Below are positions 60,420 through 64,000 of a DNA stretch of 64,000 nt, one piece after another. The stretch comes from an uncultured Actinomycetes bacterium. GTDB taxonomy: Bacteria > Actinomycetota > Thermoleophilia > RBG-16-64-13. Numbering within the stretch: the first letter of the stretch is position 1; each line of letters starts with the position of its first letter. A model generated the notes under the pieces. The model saw only the letters and a program-made list of their open reading frames with translations, made no database searches and was not told where the DNA came from. The stretch lies in NCBI GenBank assembly GCA_937148845.1, contig CAKZRW010000066.1:92-64091 (forward strand). Reading direction: 5' to 3'. Position numbers and translations under genes: made by a program.

Positions 60420-63029
60420 TTAGACCCTGGACGCACCCAGCACTAGACGAAGACGTTCCGCCAGCGCCGTGAGGGTGTACGGCTTTTGGATGAAGCCGGC
60501 CAGGCCCTTACCGGCGAAGCGGCTGGCCACGTCGTTTTCCATGTAGCCACTGGACAGGATCACCCGCACCCCCGTGTCGAGTCGGCGAAGCTCGCGGAAA
60601 GTCTCCTCGCCGTTCATATGCGGCATGGTCAAGTCGAGCAGAACGACTCTGATGTCTCGACTCCGCGTTCGATAGAGTTCGACCGCTTCCCGACCGTCCG
60701 CCGCCGTGATGACGTCGAAACCAAGAGTCTCCAGCATGCGCTTCCCCAGGGCGCGGATAGTCTCCTCATCGTCTACCAGGAGAATGGTCCCTTCCCCTCT
60801 CCAGCCAGAGGCGATCTCGACCTGCTCCTGCCGCAGGGTCTCCTCGGCCGCCGCTGCCGGGAAAAGCACCTTGAAAGTGGTGCCTCTGCCCGGCTCGCTA
60901 TAGACCTTAATGGCGCCTTTATGAGCCCGGACTATGCCCAGCACCGCCGCCAGTCCCAGCCCACGGCCTCCGGCCTTGGTGCTGAAGAAGGGCTCGAACA
61001 AGCGGCCCAGGGTCTCCCTGCTCATGCCCACCCCGGTGTCCGAAACCTCCAACGTCACGTACAGACCTGCGGGCAAGTCCTCGTCAAGGTAGGTGCTCCG
61101 CAGGTAGTCCCGGGTGCATTCCATAGCCCCGGCAGAGATAGTGATCACCCCGCTTCGTTCGCCGATGGCCTCGGACGCGTTGAGCACCAGGTTCATGACC
61201 ACCTGGTCGATCTGGCTGGGATCGCCCAGTACGGACGGAAGGTTCTTCTCCAAGTTGAGGTTCAGGAGAATCTTCTTGGAGATGACGCTTGATAACAAGT
61301 GCACCATGTTGCCGATAAGTTCCACCAGGTCGACAGCCTCCGCCTGTATGTGTCCGCGACCGGAGTAAGCCATCATCTGGCGACAGAGTTCGGCTGCTCG
61401 GTGAGCAGCGTTGGCGATCTCCTGGAGGTCTTCGCGGGCGGGCGACCCCGGCGGAAGCTCTGCCTGCGCCAGTTCGGCGTGGCCCAGGATAGCCATGAGT
61501 ATGTTGTTGAAATCATGAGCGATGCCCCCTGCCAGCCTGCCCAGACTCTCCAGCCGCTGACTGTGTTGTAGCTGGCCCTCCAATCTCCGCCGGTCAGCCT
61601 CTGCCCGCTTCCGCTCGCGTATATCACGCACGATGACCTGCACGTGTTCCCGGTCCTCCACGAGGAAACGCCGCACGCTCACCTCCACCGGGACCTCCTC
61701 CCCGTCCTTGCGCACATGGGTGGCCTCGCGCACGTAGGCGTCTGTTTCCTCGAGAAGGCGCAGAACCTCAGCGACCGCCTCCGCGTCGTTCGCGGCGAGC
61801 AAGTCGACTAACTTCAGGCGGAGTAGTTCTTCCGGCGAGTACCCATAGAGCTCGACCGCCCGCTGGTTCGCCTCGAGGATGTGCAAGTCAGCGTCGGCCA
61901 ACAGTATGGCGTCGTTCGCCTGGCGCACGAGGTGCTCGAAGCGCAAGAGCAGGGCTTCGCGCGCACGCTGCGCCCGATAGGCGTCCTCGTAGCGTCTCTT
62001 GAGCGTGCGCTGCCACGCCGTCCCCCCTACCCCCACCATGGCTGCCACCAGCACCAGACTCGCCACCAACAGGGGCACGGATCGGGCCCGCGCTTGGCCC
62101 AGGACCTCTGATTTGTCTATCTTGGCCACCATGAACCAGGGGGAATCAGAAATCGCCCCCAGGGCCGCAAAGACCGGGGTGCCTCGGTAGTCCACCCCTT
62201 CGATGATCCCGTTGACTCCTGAGACGGCCTGTACCGCTGGTAGGTCAGTCCGGGTAAGGGGCACTCGCAGAGTGAGAGCAGTACCCGTCTGGTGCCGCAG
62301 TTCGTTCAAGAACAGCACGTGGTCCCCGTCGCGGCGCACCAGGAGGGTCTCGCCGCTCGGGCTGGCCGTGGGCCAGGTTTGGATGAGGGGGAAGAGAAAG
62401 CTGTTTGCCTCTTCCGATAAGATCACGGCCCCCAGCCGCCACCTCACTCCACCCTTCTCAGCAAACAGTGGAGCAATGGCGTCGACATGGATGATATCCC
62501 CATCCCCCTTGTGGAGATCGGTAAGTACCGCGCGGTTTTCTGTCAGCGCCGCCGCCAGGTCGGTGGCCATCTCCGGCCCGATGGTCCCCAATCTCCCCGT
62601 GAGACTCCACAGTACCCGGCCGCCCGCATCCACCAGCCGGACATCCGAGTAAGACCGCCCCACTCGCAGACTGTCCAGCCAGGCTGCCAGCACGCGCTGC
62701 ACAGATTCGGAGGGCGATTCCAGCCACCTTGCTACCAGCTCACTGGCGAGAGGGTTGGCCGAGATATGAGCCGCGTCGGCGAGTCGTTCTGCCCGCCAGG
62801 ACTTGATCTGATCGGCCTTGAGCCTTCCGACGGCAAGCAGGTCTTGCTCAGCGTCCTCGCGAGCATCACGGTTCTGGTCCACATACAGCCACACGCCAGC
62901 AGCAATGACGGCCAGAGCCAGAACGGCCACCAGGATCACGGGCCAGAACCGATGAGGAAACAGGGAGTCGTCTCGCAGCCGGTCCCGACTCCTGCTTGCC
63001 ACCCGCGGCCTCTCGCCCCCTGTGCTCAC
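60420..63029 (-). CDS. Hybrid sensor histidine kinase/response regulator with an extracytoplasmic sensor and PAS
   Basis: TM helix, ~280-aa periplasmic domain, TM helix, PAS, H-box IAHDFNNIL, HATPase N/G boxes, REC domain (LLVDDE...DLTMPHMNG). Confidence 0.88.
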   Translation of the reverse strand: MSTGGERPRVASRSRDRLRDDSLFPHRFWPVILVAVLALAVIAAGVWLYVDQNRDAREDAEQDLLAVGRLKADQIKSWRAERLADAAHISANPLASELVARWLESPSESVQRVLAAWLDSLRVGRSYSDVRLVDAGGRVLWSLTGRLGTIGPEMATDLAAALTENRAVLTDLHKGDGDIIHVDAIAPLFAEKGGVRWRLGAVILSEEANSFLFPLIQTWPTASPSGETLLVRRDGDHVLFLNELRHQTGTALTLRVPLTRTDLPAVQAVSGVNGIIEGVDYRGTPVFAALGAISDSPWFMVAKIDKSEVLGQARARSVPLLVASLVLVAAMVGVGGTAWQRTLKRRYEDAYRAQRAREALLLRFEHLVRQANDAILLADADLHILEANQRAVELYGYSPEELLRLKLVDLLAANDAEAVAEVLRLLEETDAYVREATHVRKDGEEVPVEVSVRRFLVEDREHVQVIVRDIRERKRAEADRRRLEGQLQHSQRLESLGRLAGGIAHDFNNILMAILGHAELAQAELPPGSPAREDLQEIANAAHRAAELCRQMMAYSGRGHIQAEAVDLVELIGNMVHLLSSVISKKILLNLNLEKNLPSVLGDPSQIDQVVMNLVLNASEAIGERSGVITISAGAMECTRDYLRSTYLDEDLPAGLYVTLEVSDTGVGMSRETLGRLFEPFFSTKAGGRGLGLAAVLGIVRAHKGAIKVYSEPGRGTTFKVLFPAAAAEETLRQEQVEIASGWRGEGTILLVDDEETIRALGKRMLETLGFDVITAADGREAVELYRTRSRDIRVVLLDLTMPHMNGEETFRELRRLDTGVRVILSSGYMENDVASRFAGKGLAGFIQKPYTLTALAERLRLVLGASRV

Positions 63030-63050
63030 AGTCGGTCCCCAGCCCAGGTG

Positions 63051-64000
63051 TCAGAACAGACGCTTCGCACCAAAGTAGCTGCTTCGCCAGACATTGCTTA
63101 TCTGCACCTGGTTGCCGGTGGCGTTGATCATGCGACCATTGCCGATGTAGATGCCCACGTGATGGATAGGGTTGTAGAAGAAGACTAGATCGCCCGGTTT
63201 GAGGTCGCTGCGCGCCACGTACCGGCCATATTCGTACTGCATGCGACTCGAGTGGGGTAGAGATATCCCCACCTGAGCGAAACAGTACTTGACCAGGCCC
63301 GAGCAGTCGAACCCCCGGGGGCTCTCCCCTCCCCGAACGTAACGTACTCCCAAGTACTTCATGGCAATGGTGATCACTCGCCCTGGCCGCGAAGCCAGCC
63401 AGGCCCGCCGGGCCCGTGCCTCCGCTGCCAGCCGCGCTTGGCGCTCAGCTTCTTCCTTCTTCAGTTTCGCGATGAGGGCTTCTTTACCCTTGAGCGCCTT
63501 CTCTTGCTTGGCCAGCTGGGCTTCGACCTTTTTCTTGGCCTTCTCCAGCTCTTCAGCCTGGGCTTTCTGCTCGCTGATCTGCTTGTCGAGGGCGGCCCGC
63601 TTCTCTTCCATGCGGGCTCTGTACGTCTCCACCTCGTCCATGAGACGGGCATCCTGCTTGCTGAGCAGGGTCAACTGGTTCCAGCGAGAGATCACTTCCG
63701 AGAAGGAAGCCGCACCCATGAACACATCGAGCCAGCCCGGTGCCCCGGCCTTGTAGATGGCCACAATCCGACGGTTGAGACGCTGCTGCACCTCGTCAAG
63801 ATCGGCTCGCGCTTGCTCCAGCTCCTTGGCAGCCCGATCCGCGGCCGCCTTCTTCTTTTTCAGCTGCTCTTTGGCGTAGTTGTACTCCTCGGTGGCAGCG
63901 CTGAGCTCTTCCTCCAGCTGTTCGATCAGTCGGACCAAGGCGGCGGCTTCGGCCTTGGCCTTCTCTATGGCAGGAGTCGCGTGAGAGACACTCGGGAACG
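63051..64000 (-). CDS. NlpC/P60 (C40) peptidoglycan endopeptidase with an N-terminal coiled coil; 5' end outside the window
   Basis: GFDCSGLV...HVGIY catalytic Cys/His. The frame stays open to position 64000. Confidence 0.8.
   Translation of the reverse strand, partial: FPSVSHATPAIEKAKAEAAALVRLIEQLEEELSAATEEYNYAKEQLKKKKAAADRAAKELEQARADLDEVQQRLNRRIVAIYKAGAPGWLDVFMGAASFSEVISRWNQLTLLSKQDARLMDEVETYRARMEEKRAALDKQISEQKAQAEELEKAKKKVEAQLAKQEKALKGKEALIAKLKKEEAERQARLAAEARARRAWLASRPGRVITIAMKYLGVRYVRGGESPRGFDCSGLVKYCFAQVGISLPHSSRMQYEYGRYVARSDLKPGDLVFFYNPIHHVGIYIGNGRMINATGNQVQISNVWRSSYFGAKRLF

Overview
High-GC (about 65% by eye) bacterial chromosomal segment, almost entirely coding. I saw no rRNA, CRISPR array, transposase, integrase or phage genes. 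The block tsaE-tsaB-rimI/tsaD-groES-groEL on the minus strand, with a CIRCE operator, has the gene order I associate with Actinomycetota. Several genes have an anaerobe, thermophile or archaeal flavour: cyclic-2,3-diphosphoglycerate synthetase plus 2-phosphoglycerate kinase, an HPS-RraA fusion, a lysine-less IscS and a desulforedoxin. Blocks in order:
- 1-6 kb: groEL/ES, t6A genes, family-4 UDG.
- 6.3-9.1 kb: DUF2520, YjbQ, HPS-RraA operon.
- 9.2-20.3 kb: one tightly packed minus-strand array of panC, S58 peptidase, rho, GlpX-like, 2PGK, cDPGS, metallophosphoesterase, thrC, hom, lysA.
- 20.4-28.1 kb: small nuclease-fold gene, hpt, hydrolase, csoR, tRNA-Gly(CCC), a promoter/terminator-bounded candidate sRNA, mutM, argS, K+ channel, rlmH, DUF4388.
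- 28.3-35.8 kb: a visibly lower-GC acetate-permease locus with yjcH-actP, a SatP fusion, a PHP protein and a Cache-PAS-CBS-DUF294 membrane protein.
- 35.9-39.6 kb: metal ABC importer and hisG.
- 39.8-46.6 kb: MATE-like protein, desulforedoxin plus COQ7-like diiron protein, Zn-ribbon protein, gabT-like gene, large transglutaminase-like protein.
- 46.6-53.6 kb: glmM, beta-helix protein, heterodimeric ABC exporter, MarR.
- 53.7-58.8 kb: hydrolase, cytochrome-b5-like lipoprotein, ferric-reductase-like membrane protein, Cys-rich protein, TusA, IscS-like and IscU-fusion genes.
- 58.9-64 kb: DUF2779 nuclease, hybrid histidine kinase, partial NlpC/P60 peptidase.

The strongest candidates for something new are:
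- The transmembrane Cache-PAS-CBS-DUF294 nucleotidyltransferase, paired with a PHP enzyme beside unusual acetate transporters.
- The cDPG cassette, coupled to an active-site-divergent GlpX homologue and a metallophosphoesterase.
- The IscS with its PLP lysine replaced, next to an IscU-TrxB-like fusion.

All calls come from reading the translations and DNA by eye. No database search was run.
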